64,000 bases of DNA from sequence record PQ671644.1. One strand, written 5' to 3'. Positions within the stretch are counted from its first letter, which is position 1; each line of letters starts with the position of its first letter. The position numbers and the translations under genes are program-made. The notes under the pieces were generated by a model that was not told where the DNA came from, searched no databases, and saw nothing but the letters and a program-made list of their open reading frames with translations. The stretch comes from Escherichia phage DCP80. Below are positions 37,167 through 47,443 of this stretch, in pieces.

Positions 37167-38141
37167 TTAGAATTGTTCAGTTACATCATCAAGGACCAGG
37201 TAACCACAGACCCTCATCTTACTATCACCATAATCCACCGGGATACTTACAACATCACGCGGGTGAACTTTACAGGATACGATGCGTCCATCACCATGAC
37301 CAAAACCACTTCCAATATAACCTTTAGAGCAAACATGCAACCCAGTTGAACAAGTTTGTTCGTCATTATCGTTCACACGAGAGCGCGGCATTTTAACATA
37401 TTGACCAGGGCTGTTGTCGAATGTATTTGAGTGACAATCTTTGTAAGTTGCACGAACCATTTTCCATGCGATGAAATGACCGTCTTCGGTGATTTCGATA
37501 TCGTTCGCAACCAGGAAGTCAAACAAACGCTGTACGGCTTTCTCACTCGGGTTCTCAAGGAGATTCTCAAGGAACGGCAGATAGAATTCAAAGTCTTCGC
37601 CATTTTGCATTGAATCAATGATACGAGTAACCAGGCCAGAGCGTAGTTCAATTCCCTGATAGAACAGACTACCACCTTCAATACGCACATCGCCTTTCAC
37701 ATATTTTTGTACTGCAGCTTTGATTGAGATAAACTCGATAGCATCATCAAAACGAGATTCAATCAATGCCTGAATAATATCATTAAAGTGTTTATGGTCT
37801 TTTGTGGCGTTCCAGACTGTGCGACCTTCAGTGATGGAAACGAATTTGCTTGATGCGTTCCATACGATTTCTGGGCGGCTACCGCCGATTGTATCTTCAA
37901 CGACCGGAACTTCAACCATTACTGTCACCGGAGCATTAATCGCCACACCAACAGCTGCTTTCAGTGATGCAGAAATGGTTTTAGATAATTTTGATTCTTT
38001 ATCATTTTTCAAAACACGGCGAATGGTGTCAACCGATACACCGAAATTATCTGCTAGTTCCTGTTGGGTATAATTACCAGTTTTATAAAGAGAAACTACC
38101 TGGTTTTGGTCAAATTTGGATAAAGCTTTAATATTAAACAT
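37167..38141 (-). CDS. rIIB: rIIB protein
   Basis: MFNIK...GNYTQQELA..GVSVDTIRRVLKN and C-terminal HVCSKGYI...VHPRDVVSIP match T4 rIIB. Confidence 0.85.
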   Translation of the reverse strand: MFNIKALSKFDQNQVVSLYKTGNYTQQELADNFGVSVDTIRRVLKNDKESKLSKTISASLKAAVGVAINAPVTVMVEVPVVEDTIGGSRPEIVWNASSKFVSITEGRTVWNATKDHKHFNDIIQALIESRFDDAIEFISIKAAVQKYVKGDVRIEGGSLFYQGIELRSGLVTRIIDSMQNGEDFEFYLPFLENLLENPSEKAVQRLFDFLVANDIEITEDGHFIAWKMVRATYKDCHSNTFDNSPGQYVKMPRSRVNDNDEQTCSTGLHVCSKGYIGSGFGHGDGRIVSCKVHPRDVVSIPVDYGDSKMRVCGYLVLDDVTEQF

Positions 38142-38142
38142 A

Positions 38143-40377
38143 TTATTCCTTATTGGCCGCTTCCACGGCCTTCATGATTTGAGCAACGTTCTGTACTTGT
38201 TCAGTTGACATAGCGTTACGGTTATATAAAAAGTGTGAAACAATCGGGTGATTCTTTTCAAATTCAAAAACCATTTTATCGCTTGTTACCGAAGCGTTTT
38301 TGGTCAGGTCGTCATAAATCTTATTACAAAGGACCAGCGTTTCCTGCATGGTCTTATCAACCGTTCCACTGTTATATGCGTTATAAGCAAAGAACTTATT
38401 GAACTGCATTAGTTCGGCATAGTCAGTATTCACATCTTTCTGAACATCTTTTGCATAAAAATACTTGAACATAAAATTCAGTTCTGCATATTCAGACAGG
38501 ATAGGAATATAATAACGCGAACGGCTTGAAGCGGCAATGTACTGGTCTGCATCAACCGCATCAATCAATTCCACATAACGATTGACTGCAGCTTCAATCA
38601 GACAATCGCACTGCGCCAGCTTGGTAACCTTTTTCTGAAGCTGTGGACGAATAACACAGAATTCATTGATTTCCAACAGATTCGCCAGTTTGCACAATGT
38701 CTGGGTCCCGAAGGTCGTGGTGCCATATTCTTGATTCAACGGGGAAATGCTACTGCGGTTAATGAATACAGCATAACCATCGATTTCCTCTGCATCAGCT
38801 GCACATGTAAATTCTTCAACAGACTGCCAGCGACCATTGGTTTTAGTCCAACGAATCAATGATGGAGTCTTTGACTTAATGCGCGCTTTCGGGTCAGCAA
38901 CCGGAATCCAGTCTTTTACAAGGGCAGTCAGTTCAGACGTACGATAGATATTAACCGTATCGCCTTCAAATCGTTCCTGGAGTTGAACCATCAACCGTGT
39001 CTGAATTTCGCTGGTCGGGTCAACAAACAGTAAACTACTACCCTGACGAGTCGGGACTTTACCAGATGCAATAAGCTTTTTAGCTTTTGCGCTGGTATCA
39101 TACAACATTGAACTGATACCACGAATCATCGCAATTCGCCCTTTAACATCGTCAATAACAATGTTCAAGGTATCATTCTGAATACCAAACATGCTCGTCA
39201 GACTTGCCGTGTTCGAGCTTGAGCTTGAGTTGCGCAGACGTTTCAGACGAGTGTCACGATAGATATCATAGACAACCCCGGCATTAATAAGGTCTTTGTC
39301 CAGCTCGAACATTTCGTACATCTGGTTAAAGGTCAATTGTGATTTCGTAAATTTCGTTTCAGCATTACGAGCTTTCAGAAAATTACGAGCTTCATAATTC
39401 AGATTCTGCAATTCGCGATATGTATGGCGAAGACATTCTGATTCCTGCCATTTCTTACAATCGTCTTCCATGACTTTCTTATCAAGGGCTTCAATACGTT
39501 CAACGATATTTGCGACCGTACGTTTGTCCAGTGATAACGCTTCGCGAGAAGGTGCAATATCCAACGAACCCATCGGGAACTTAATAAAGACAACATCATT
39601 TTTGGCAGTCATCCAGGTTTTCTTGGTGTAACCATCACCAATCGGATAAACAATTCCGCCATAAATTGCATAAAGTCCATAACGTTCTGGACTGCTATAA
39701 TTAATACGCGCTGGAGCATAGTAATCATCAAATTCCGGGAAGTATTCAATTTCGCCAGCGCCTTGCACTTCAGCCAGCCCAGCAAATGGACGCATGATAT
39801 ACGCAATCTCGTAGCGGAACTTACCAAAATCATTACTATCAACCGGGACAACAACTTCAATCCCTGTGCGGTCACCAGGTTTCATTGGTTCACTAAAGGT
39901 TGGCTTAATCTGTGGACCATCGCCGTCCATATAAGCGACATATCCATTAACTTGACCATCATGATATGAAATCAGGCTAAACGTCTCGGTATAACTGAAC
40001 GGAGATTTAGAACCCAGACCAAAGCCACCAATAAAATCGTTGGATTCGGCCTTGGATGATGCAAAGAAACTGTTATACAGACCTGGAGTATTTTCATCAC
40101 CACGAATCTGGAAATCACTCATACCCGGACCAAAGTCACGACATACAAAACGTGGGTCCAGTTCACCAGGAGCTTGCACAATGAATTTATCCTGACATCC
40201 ATTGAGCATATGAGCATCAATCATATTGGTAATCAGCTCACGAACAACCGCGCGCACCTTGTTTGTATAAAGGTCGCTGGTCAGAATCTTAAACACCTTT
40301 GGAGATGCCTGGATTGTGAATGCTGATGCCTTGGCACCATTACCAAGGATTGTTTCCTTTTCAGTTTCTAAAATCAT
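38143..40377 (-). CDS. rIIA: rIIA protein
   Basis: MILETEKETILGNGAKASAFTIQASPKVFKIL...VVRELITNMIDAH matches T4 rIIA N-terminus. Confidence 0.9.
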   Translation of the reverse strand: MILETEKETILGNGAKASAFTIQASPKVFKILTSDLYTNKVRAVVRELITNMIDAHMLNGCQDKFIVQAPGELDPRFVCRDFGPGMSDFQIRGDENTPGLYNSFFASSKAESNDFIGGFGLGSKSPFSYTETFSLISYHDGQVNGYVAYMDGDGPQIKPTFSEPMKPGDRTGIEVVVPVDSNDFGKFRYEIAYIMRPFAGLAEVQGAGEIEYFPEFDDYYAPARINYSSPERYGLYAIYGGIVYPIGDGYTKKTWMTAKNDVVFIKFPMGSLDIAPSREALSLDKRTVANIVERIEALDKKVMEDDCKKWQESECLRHTYRELQNLNYEARNFLKARNAETKFTKSQLTFNQMYEMFELDKDLINAGVVYDIYRDTRLKRLRNSSSSSNTASLTSMFGIQNDTLNIVIDDVKGRIAMIRGISSMLYDTSAKAKKLIASGKVPTRQGSSLLFVDPTSEIQTRLMVQLQERFEGDTVNIYRTSELTALVKDWIPVADPKARIKSKTPSLIRWTKTNGRWQSVEEFTCAADAEEIDGYAVFINRSSISPLNQEYGTTTFGTQTLCKLANLLEINEFCVIRPQLQKKVTKLAQCDCLIEAAVNRYVELIDAVDADQYIAASSRSRYYIPILSEYAELNFMFKYFYAKDVQKDVNTDYAELMQFNKFFAYNAYNSGTVDKTMQETLVLCNKIYDDLTKNASVTSDKMVFEFEKNHPIVSHFLYNRNAMSTEQVQNVAQIMKAVEAANKE

Positions 40378-40384
40378 GTTTTTC

Positions 40385-40594
40385 TCACTTTATGTTACGT
40401 TTGATTAATTCTGCAACTTCAAGAAGTTCATCCTTTGTTGCGGTGTCTGAAGCTATTTTAATACGGATTTCTTTGAAGCGTTCTTTAAACTCTTCAGCTT
40501 CTCTTATATCAAAAAAACGTTGGATAACACGGTATTCTTTATGGATAGCCTTATCAAACAGTTCCATATTAACTTTGAAGTTCGTCATTTCCAA
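40385..40594 (-). CDS. Hypothetical protein upstream of rIIA
   Basis: 69-aa ORF, same in both arms. Confidence 0.4.
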   Translation of the reverse strand: MEMTNFKVNMELFDKAIHKEYRVIQRFFDIREAEEFKERFKEIRIKIASDTATKDELLEVAELIKRNIK

Positions 40595-40853
40595 TCTCCT
40601 GTAATATTTTTCTCATACTACGCATGGTAGCTTTATGTTCTTGGTCATGGTATATCAATGCAAGGAGTGCTTCAATTCGCTCCTCAGGGACCTTCTGGCC
40701 AGCCTTAATTCTCATGGCTGATGTTCTTACAGCTAACAAGTAACTTCGCTTCCTGTCGTTATCTGGGAGCCCCTGCACTTTCCTCAGACCTGCTTCCATA
40801 ATACACCGTGCGACATTTTGCAGATTAACTAAACTTCCGTCAGACATAATCAT
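40569..40853 (-). CDS. Hypothetical protein
   Basis: 94-aa ORF, same in both arms. Confidence 0.4.
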   Translation of the reverse strand: MIMSDGSLVNLQNVARCIMEAGLRKVQGLPDNDRKRSYLLAVRTSAMRIKAGQKVPEERIEALLALIYHDQEHKATMRSMRKILQEIGNDELQS

Positions 40854-40910
40854 ATTTTCACCTCAAAGACATCTTAACACACTTTTTGTGGCTTGTACAT
40901 AATAAAAAGG

Positions 40911-40928
40911 TCTCCCGAAGGAGACCAA
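40911..40928. terminator. Terminator hairpin GGTCTCCCGAAGGAGACC
   Basis: Inverted copy at 42992. Confidence 0.6.
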
Positions 40929-40983
40929 ATTTTATTCTACTTTATAGACTTGACCATACGCCATGAAAGTTTCACCTTCCCAG

Positions 40984-41040
40984 GTTTCGCACGNNNNNNN
41001 NNNNNNNNNNNNNNNNNNNNNNNNNNNNNNNNNNNNNNNN
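40984..41040. other. Assembly gap (N57), scaffold joint
   Basis: N-run; removes 5' end of gene 39. Confidence 0.9.
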
Positions 41041-41044
41041 ATTC

Positions 41045-42793
41045 TTGTTTGGTGAATATAAGTCCGTAAGCTATGTTCCTGGTATTGTAAAACTGATTGA
41101 TGAAATTATCGATAACTCTGTTGATGAAGCAATTCGCACCAGTTTTAAATTCGCCAATAAAATTGATGTTCAAATTAAAGGCAATAAGGTTATCGTTGAA
41201 GATAACGGACGCGGTATTCCACAAGCAATGGTTGTCGACCAGACCGGTGAACAAATACCTGGCCCTGTCGCGGCATGGACTATTCCAAAGGCCGGTGGCA
41301 ACTTCGGTGATGATGCTGAGCGTAAAACTGGCGGGATGAATGGCGTTGGTAGTAGTTTAACCAACATCTTCTCTGTAACATTTGCGGGTGCAACTTGTGA
41401 TGGTGAGAATGAAATTGTCGTACGTTGTTCTAACGGAATGGAAAATAAGAGCTGGAATAAAGTTCCCGCTTCGAAGAAAGAACATGTGAAGGCTAAGACT
41501 GGTACGGTTGTTTCCTTTATTCCCGAATTCAGCCATTTTGAAACTAATGGACTCGACGAGACTTATGACGCCATCACATTGGACCGTCTACAGACTCTTG
41601 CGGTTGTTTATCCGGATATTCAGTTTACCTTTAATGGCAAAAAGGTTGATGGTAACTTCAAGAAGTTCGCCAAGCAATTTGGAACCGAAGTTGTTATCCA
41701 GGAAACTGATACGGTATCGATGGCCTTTACGACTAGCCCGGATGGTTTCCGTCAGTTGACTTATGTCAACAACATTCATACAAAGAATGGCGGACACCAC
41801 GTTGAATGTGTTATGGATGATATCTGTGAACATCTTCAACCAGCCATTAAACGCAAATATAAAGGCATCGAGGTGACCAAGGCACGAGTTAAAGAATGTC
41901 TCACCATGCTTATGTTCATCCGCGATATGAGCAACATGCGATTTGATTCCCAGACCAAAGAGCGATTGACTTCTCCGGCTGGTGAAATTCGAAATCACAT
42001 TAAGATTGATGCTAAGAAAATCGCGCAAGCTATTCTGAAAAATGAACCGCTGATTATGCCGATTGTTGAAGCTGCATTAGCCCGTAAATTGGCTGCAGAA
42101 AAAGCAGCAGAGACTAAAGCGAATAAGAAAGCTTCGAAGGCTAAGGTACAAAAGCATATCAAAGCCAACGAATGGGGTAACGACAAACTTGAAACGACTC
42201 TATTCCTGACCGAAGGGGATTCTGCAACGGGTCCATTTATCAAGGTTCGCGACCGTGAATTGCAAGGTGCTTATCCATTACGTGGTAAGTTTAAAAACAC
42301 ATGGGGTCTGAAAGCTGTTGACGTTATGAAGAACGCTGAAGCCTTTGATGTGTGTGCAATTACTGGGTTAACGATTGGACAACCGGCCAAGAATATGAAT
42401 TACCGAAACATTGCTATCATGACAGATGCGGATGTGGATGGTGTCGGTAGTATCTATCCATCGTTATTGGCGTTTTTCAGTAACTGGCCAGAGCTGTTCC
42501 ATGAAGGACGAATTCGCTTTGTGAAAACTCCTGTTATTATTGCGCAGCTCAAAGACAAACAAGAATGGTTCTATTCTCTTCCTGACTATGAAGAAGCTAA
42601 GGATAAACTTCCGAAGCACACCATCCGATATATCAAGGGGCTTGGTTCTCTGGAAGATTCCGAGTATAAACGCGTATTGCTCGAACCAGTATTCGAAGTT
42701 GTCCAATTGCCTGATAACTGGAAAGAACTGTTCGAAATGTTATTCGGTAAAGATTCACAACAGCGTAAAGATTGGATGAATGCGACGCTATAA
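41045..42793 (+). CDS. 39: DNA topoisomerase II large subunit (GyrB-like), gene 39 with gene 60 region fused; 5' end missing
   Basis: VPGIVKLIDEIIDNSVDEAIRT, EDNGRGIP and GGMNGVGSS ATPase motifs; TOPRIM MTDADVDG; C-terminus continuous. Confidence 0.85.
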   Translation: MFGEYKSVSYVPGIVKLIDEIIDNSVDEAIRTSFKFANKIDVQIKGNKVIVEDNGRGIPQAMVVDQTGEQIPGPVAAWTIPKAGGNFGDDAERKTGGMNGVGSSLTNIFSVTFAGATCDGENEIVVRCSNGMENKSWNKVPASKKEHVKAKTGTVVSFIPEFSHFETNGLDETYDAITLDRLQTLAVVYPDIQFTFNGKKVDGNFKKFAKQFGTEVVIQETDTVSMAFTTSPDGFRQLTYVNNIHTKNGGHHVECVMDDICEHLQPAIKRKYKGIEVTKARVKECLTMLMFIRDMSNMRFDSQTKERLTSPAGEIRNHIKIDAKKIAQAILKNEPLIMPIVEAALARKLAAEKAAETKANKKASKAKVQKHIKANEWGNDKLETTLFLTEGDSATGPFIKVRDRELQGAYPLRGKFKNTWGLKAVDVMKNAEAFDVCAITGLTIGQPAKNMNYRNIAIMTDADVDGVGSIYPSLLAFFSNWPELFHEGRIRFVKTPVIIAQLKDKQEWFYSLPDYEEAKDKLPKHTIRYIKGLGSLEDSEYKRVLLEPVFEVVQLPDNWKELFEMLFGKDSQQRKDWMNATL

Positions 42794-42796
42794 ATA
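42789..42796 (+). promoter_or_regulatory. TATAAATA late-type promoter
   Basis: GCTATAAATAG after gene 39 stop, before SD AGGAGA. Confidence 0.4.
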
Positions 42797-42991
42797 GATG
42801 TGGGAGAATATTCTCCCGCTACTAGGAGACAATATGACTAAATACTGGATTACACTCGCTACCGGTGAATATGGTTTTCTCTGGGCAGAGAAAAAGCCTT
42901 TGTTTGCAGAATTTGTAACAATCACGTGCGAAACCTGGGAAGGTGAAACTTTCATGGCGTATGGTCAAGTCTATAAAGTAGAATAAAATTT

Positions 42992-43014
42992 GGTCTCCTT
43001 CGGGAGACCTTTTT
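42992..43014 (+). terminator. Rho-independent terminator
   Basis: GGTCTCCTTCGGGAGACC plus TTTTTATT. Confidence 0.7.
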
Positions 43015-43064
43015 ATTATGTACAAGCCACAAAAATTGTGTTAAGATGTCTTTGAGGTGAAAAT

Positions 43065-43349
43065 ATGATTATGTCTGACGGAAGTTTAGTTAATCTGCAG
43101 AATGTCGCACGGTGTATTATGGAAGCAGGCCTGAGGAAGGTACAGGAGCTCCCAGATAGCGACAGGAAGCGAAGTTACTTGTTAGCTGTAAGAACAGCAG
43201 CCATGAGCATTAAGGCTGGCCAGAAGGTCCCTGAGGAGCGAATTGAAGCACTTCTTGCATTGATATACCATGACCAAGAACATAAAGCTACCATGCGTAG
43301 TATGAGAAAAATATTACAGGAGATTGGAAATGACGAACTTCAAAGTTAA
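43065..43349 (+). CDS. Hypothetical protein (homolog of 40569..40853)
   Basis: 94 aa, 4 substitutions versus arm 1. Confidence 0.4.
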   Translation: MIMSDGSLVNLQNVARCIMEAGLRKVQELPDSDRKRSYLLAVRTAAMSIKAGQKVPEERIEALLALIYHDQEHKATMRSMRKILQEIGNDELQS

Positions 43350-43533
43350 TATGGAGCTGTTTGATAAAGCTGTTCATAAAGAATACCGCGTTATCCAACG
43401 ATTTTTTGATATAAGAGAAGCTGAAGAGTTTAAAGAACGCTTCAAAGAAATCCGTATTAAAATAGCTTCAGACACCGCAACAAAGGATGAACTTCTTGAA
43501 GTTGCAGAATTAATCAAACGTAACATAAAGTGA
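43324..43533 (+). CDS. Hypothetical protein (homolog of 40385..40594)
   Basis: 69 aa. Confidence 0.4.
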   Translation: MEMTNFKVNMELFDKAVHKEYRVIQRFFDIREAEEFKERFKEIRIKIASDTATKDELLEVAELIKRNIK

Positions 43534-43540
43534 GAAAAAC

Positions 43541-45775
43541 ATGATTTTAGAAACTGAAAAGGAAACAATCCTTGGTAATGGTGCCAAGGCATCAGCATTC
43601 ACAATCCAGGCATCTCCAAAGGTGTTTAAGATTCTGACCAGCGACCTTTATACAAACAAGGTGCGCGCGGTTGTTCGTGAGCTGATTACCAATATGATTG
43701 ATGCTCATATGCTCAATGGCTGTCAGGATAAATTCATTGTTCAAGCTCCTGGTGAACTGGACCCACGTTTTGTGTGTCGTGACTTTGGTCCAGGTATGAG
43801 TGATTTCCAGATTCGTGGTGATGAAAATACGCCAGGTCTGTATAACAGTTTCTTTGCATCATCCAAGGCTGAATCCAATGATTTTATTGGTGGCTTCGGC
43901 TTGGGTTCTAAATCTCCGTTTAGTTATACAGAGACGTTTAGCCTGATTTCATATCATGATGGACAAGTTAATGGTTATGTCGCTTATATGGACGGTGATG
44001 GTCCACAGATTAAGCCAACCTTTAGCGAACCAATGAAACCTGGTGACCGCACAGGGATTGAAGTTGTTGTCCCGGTTGATAGTAATGATTTCGGTAAGTT
44101 CCGTTATGAGATTGCATATATCATGCGTCCATTTGCTGGACTGGCTGAAGTGCAAGGCGTAGGCGAAATTAATTACTTCCCAGAATTTGATGATTATTAT
44201 GCTCCAGCGCGTATTAATTATAGCAGTCCAGAACGTTATGGACTTTATGCAATTTATGGTGGAATTGTTTATCCGATTGGTGATGGTTACACCAAGAAAA
44301 CCTGGATGACTGCCAAAAATGATGTTGTCTTTATTAAGTTCCCAATGGGTTCGCTGGATATTGCACCTTCTCGCGAAGCGTTATCACTGGACAAACGTAC
44401 GGTCGCAAATATCGTTGAACGTATTGAAGCCCTTGATAAGAAAGTCATGGAAGATGATTGTAAGAAATGGCAGGAATCAGAATGTCTCCGCCATACATAT
44501 CGCGAATTGCAGAATCTGAATTATGAAGCTCGTAATTTTCTGAAAGCTCGTAATGTTGAAACGAAATTTACGAAATCACAATTGACCTTTAACCAGATGT
44601 ACGAAATGTTCGAGCTGGACAAAGACCTTATTAATGCCGGGGTTGTCTATGATATCTATCGCGATACTCGTCTGAAACGTCTGCGTAACGCAAGCTCAAG
44701 CTCGAACACGGCAAGTCTGACGCGCATGTTTGGTATTCAGACTGATACCTTGAACATTGTTATTGATGATGCTAAAGGGCGAATTGCGATGATTCGTGGT
44801 ATCAGTTCAATGTTGTATGATACCAGCGCGAAAGCTAAAAAGCTTATTGCATCTGGTAAAGTCCCGACTCGTCAGGGTAGTAGTTTACTGTTTGTTGACC
44901 CAACCAGCGAAATTCAAACACGGTTGATGGTTCAACTCCAGGAACGATTTAAAGGCGATACGGTTAATATCTATCGTACGTCTGAACTGACTGCCCTTGT
45001 AAAAGACTGGATTCCGGTTGCTGACCCGAAAGCGCGCGTTAAGTCAAAGACTCCATCATTGATTCGTTGGACTAAAACTAATGGTCGCTGGCAGTCTGTT
45101 GAAGAATTTACATGTGCAGCTGATGCAGAGGAAATCGATGGTTATGCTGTATTCATTAACCGCAGTAGCATTTCCCCGTTGAATCAAGAATACGGCACCA
45201 CGACCTTCGGGACCCAGACATTGTGTAAACTGGCAAACCTGTTGGAAATCAATGAATTCTGTGTTATTCGTCCACAGCTTCAGAAAAAGGTTACCAAGCT
45301 GGCGCAGTGCGATTGTCTGATTGAAGCTGCAGTCAATCGTTATGTGGAATTGATTGATGCGGTTGATGCGGACCAGTACATTGCCGCTTCAAGCCGTTCG
45401 CGTTATTATATTCCTATCCTGTCTGAATATGCAGAACTGAATTTTATGTTCAAGTATTTTTATGCAAAAGATGTTCAGAAAGATGTGAATACTGACTATG
45501 CCGAACTAATGCAGTTCAATAAGTTCTTTGCTTATAACGCATATAACAGTGGAACAGTTGATAAGACCATGCAGGAAACATTGGTCCTTTGTAATAAGAT
45601 TTATGACGACCTGACCAAAAACGCTTCGGTAACAAGCGATAAAATGGTTTTTGAATTTGAAAAGAATCACCCGATTGTTTCACACTTTTTATATAACCGT
45701 AACGCTATGTCAACTGAACAAGTACAGAACGTTGCTCAAATCATGAAGGCCGTGGAAGCGGCCAATAAGGAATAA
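43541..45775 (+). CDS. rIIA: rIIA protein (second copy)
   Basis: 744 aa, about 8 substitutions versus 38143..40377. Confidence 0.9.
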   Translation: MILETEKETILGNGAKASAFTIQASPKVFKILTSDLYTNKVRAVVRELITNMIDAHMLNGCQDKFIVQAPGELDPRFVCRDFGPGMSDFQIRGDENTPGLYNSFFASSKAESNDFIGGFGLGSKSPFSYTETFSLISYHDGQVNGYVAYMDGDGPQIKPTFSEPMKPGDRTGIEVVVPVDSNDFGKFRYEIAYIMRPFAGLAEVQGVGEINYFPEFDDYYAPARINYSSPERYGLYAIYGGIVYPIGDGYTKKTWMTAKNDVVFIKFPMGSLDIAPSREALSLDKRTVANIVERIEALDKKVMEDDCKKWQESECLRHTYRELQNLNYEARNFLKARNVETKFTKSQLTFNQMYEMFELDKDLINAGVVYDIYRDTRLKRLRNASSSSNTASLTRMFGIQTDTLNIVIDDAKGRIAMIRGISSMLYDTSAKAKKLIASGKVPTRQGSSLLFVDPTSEIQTRLMVQLQERFKGDTVNIYRTSELTALVKDWIPVADPKARVKSKTPSLIRWTKTNGRWQSVEEFTCAADAEEIDGYAVFINRSSISPLNQEYGTTTFGTQTLCKLANLLEINEFCVIRPQLQKKVTKLAQCDCLIEAAVNRYVELIDAVDADQYIAASSRSRYYIPILSEYAELNFMFKYFYAKDVQKDVNTDYAELMQFNKFFAYNAYNSGTVDKTMQETLVLCNKIYDDLTKNASVTSDKMVFEFEKNHPIVSHFLYNRNAMSTEQVQNVAQIMKAVEAANKE

Positions 45776-45776
45776 T

Positions 45777-46754
45777 ATGTTTAATATCAAATGTATGTCT
45801 AAAGCCGAACAAGAACGAGTTGTCTCTCTTTATGAATCTGGTAACTATACGCAAGACGAACTTGCACTCGGTTTCGGCGTTTCGGTTGACACCATTCGTC
45901 GCGTTTTGAAAAATGACAAAGAATCAAAATTAGCTAAAACCATTTCTGCATCACTGAAAGCCGCTGTCGGGGTGGCGATTAATGCTCCAGTGACAGTAAC
46001 AGTTGAAGCCCCGGTTGAAGCCACAATCGGTGGAAGCCGCCCGGAAATCGTATGGAATGCATCAAGTAAATTCGTTTCCATTACTGAAGGTCGTACAGTC
46101 TGGAATGCAACAAAAGACCATAAACACTTTGATGATATTATTCAGGCACTCAAAGAATCTCGTTTTGATGATGCTATTGAGTATATCTCAATCAAAGCTG
46201 CAGTACAAAAATATGTGAAAGGCGATGTGCGTATTGAAGGTGGTAGTCTGTTCTATCAGGGAATTGAACTGCGCTCTGGCCTGGTTACTCGTATCATTGA
46301 TTCAATGCAAAATGGCGAAGACTTTGAATTCTATCTGCCATTCCTTGAGAATCTCCTTGAGAACCCGAGTGAGAAAGCCGTACAGCGTTTGTTTGACTTC
46401 CTGGTTGCGAACGATATCGAAATCACCGAAGACGGCCATTTCATCGCATGGAAAATGGTTCGTGCAACCTACAAAGATTGTCACTCAAACACATTCGACA
46501 ACAGCCCTGGCCAATATGTTAAAATGCCACGCTCTCGTGTGAATGACAATGACGAACAAACTTGTTCGACTGGTCTGCACGTTTGCTCTAAAGGCTATAT
46601 CGGAAGTGGTTTTGGTCATGGTGATGGACGCATCGTATCCTGTAAAGTTCACCCGCGTGATGTTGTAAGTATCCCGGTGGATTATTCCGATAGTAAGATG
46701 AGGGTTTGCGGTTACCTGGTTCTTGAAGATGTGACCGAACGTTTCAATGATTAA
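45777..46754 (+). CDS. rIIB: rIIB protein (second copy)
   Basis: 325 aa; N-terminal ~90 aa diverged from arm 1, remainder near identical. Confidence 0.85.
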   Translation: MFNIKCMSKAEQERVVSLYESGNYTQDELALGFGVSVDTIRRVLKNDKESKLAKTISASLKAAVGVAINAPVTVTVEAPVEATIGGSRPEIVWNASSKFVSITEGRTVWNATKDHKHFDDIIQALKESRFDDAIEYISIKAAVQKYVKGDVRIEGGSLFYQGIELRSGLVTRIIDSMQNGEDFEFYLPFLENLLENPSEKAVQRLFDFLVANDIEITEDGHFIAWKMVRATYKDCHSNTFDNSPGQYVKMPRSRVNDNDEQTCSTGLHVCSKGYIGSGFGHGDGRIVSCKVHPRDVVSIPVDYSDSKMRVCGYLVLEDVTERFND

Positions 46755-47238
46755 ACAAACAATTGCTAAAGATGGCTCGGCTCGTGGTATTGTCCACGGG
46801 CTAGGTCACACGCCTGAATACATTGTATGGATTGGCATGAAAGCTCGGTGTTGCAATCCAACACATATTAGTTATTCTCGATATGGCGGTCGGGGTATCA
46901 CTGTTTGCGATGAATGGCTGCATGATTTTGAAAGATTTTATACAGATATGGGGCCACGACCCACTGACAAACATCAACTTGACCGAACAGATAACGATAA
47001 AGGGTACTCTCCCGATAACTGCAGATGGGTTAGTCCAGGCGAGAATGCTTTAAATAAGCGCCCGTATAATAACAACAAGTCTGGATTTAAAGGAGTCTCG
47101 TTTGATAAACGAGCTTTGAATAAACCATGGCGAGCCACTATTATGCGAAATAAAAAACAAATTCAAGTCGGAGCTTTTGCAACTCCAGAAGAAGCAAATG
47201 AAGCTCGATTAAAATATATGGAAGAACACAATGTCTAA
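46747..47238 (+). CDS. HNH homing endonuclease with AP2-like DNA-binding domain
   Basis: GGRGITVCDEW...LDRTDNDKGYSPDNCRWV then KSGFKGVSF...WRA; absent from equivalent site in arm 1. Confidence 0.7.
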   Translation: MIKQTIAKDGSARGIVHGLGHTPEYIVWIGMKARCCNPTHISYSRYGGRGITVCDEWLHDFERFYTDMGPRPTDKHQLDRTDNDKGYSPDNCRWVSPGENALNKRPYNNNKSGFKGVSFDKRALNKPWRATIMRNKKQIQVGAFATPEEANEARLKYMEEHNV

Positions 47239-47440
47239 AGAAATGTTAGGTTTCCAAGCACGTGTAGTTGAAGAACATGACCAGCTGGTTTTGAAAATTA
47301 ATGCTCTTGAAGAATTTATTAAGGGCGGAGTTTTTGAAACTCTCGATGCTCGTCAACAAGGTCTTTTGATTGCCCAGTTAGATGCAATGGGTGCATATGC
47401 TCATATACTGGCAACTCGTATCTCTTATTTTGGTGAATAA
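47231..47440 (+). CDS. Hypothetical protein (homolog of 36936..37133)
   Basis: 69 aa. Confidence 0.4.
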   Translation: MSKEMLGFQARVVEEHDQLVLKINALEEFIKGGVFETLDARQQGLLIAQLDAMGAYAHILATRISYFGE

Positions 47441-47443
47441 ATT

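Larger units (their letters stand above)
34833..40983. repeat. Arm 1 of large imperfect inverted duplication (partner 42926-49790)
   Basis: Reverse complement matches arm 2 gene for gene; 90-99 percent protein identity with indels. Confidence 0.85.

Noticed and set aside
39399-39599. Small ORFs inside rIIA on the coding strand in another frame (also 44319..44519)
   Set aside because: Nested in a conserved gene and mirrored in both arms only because the DNA is duplicated.
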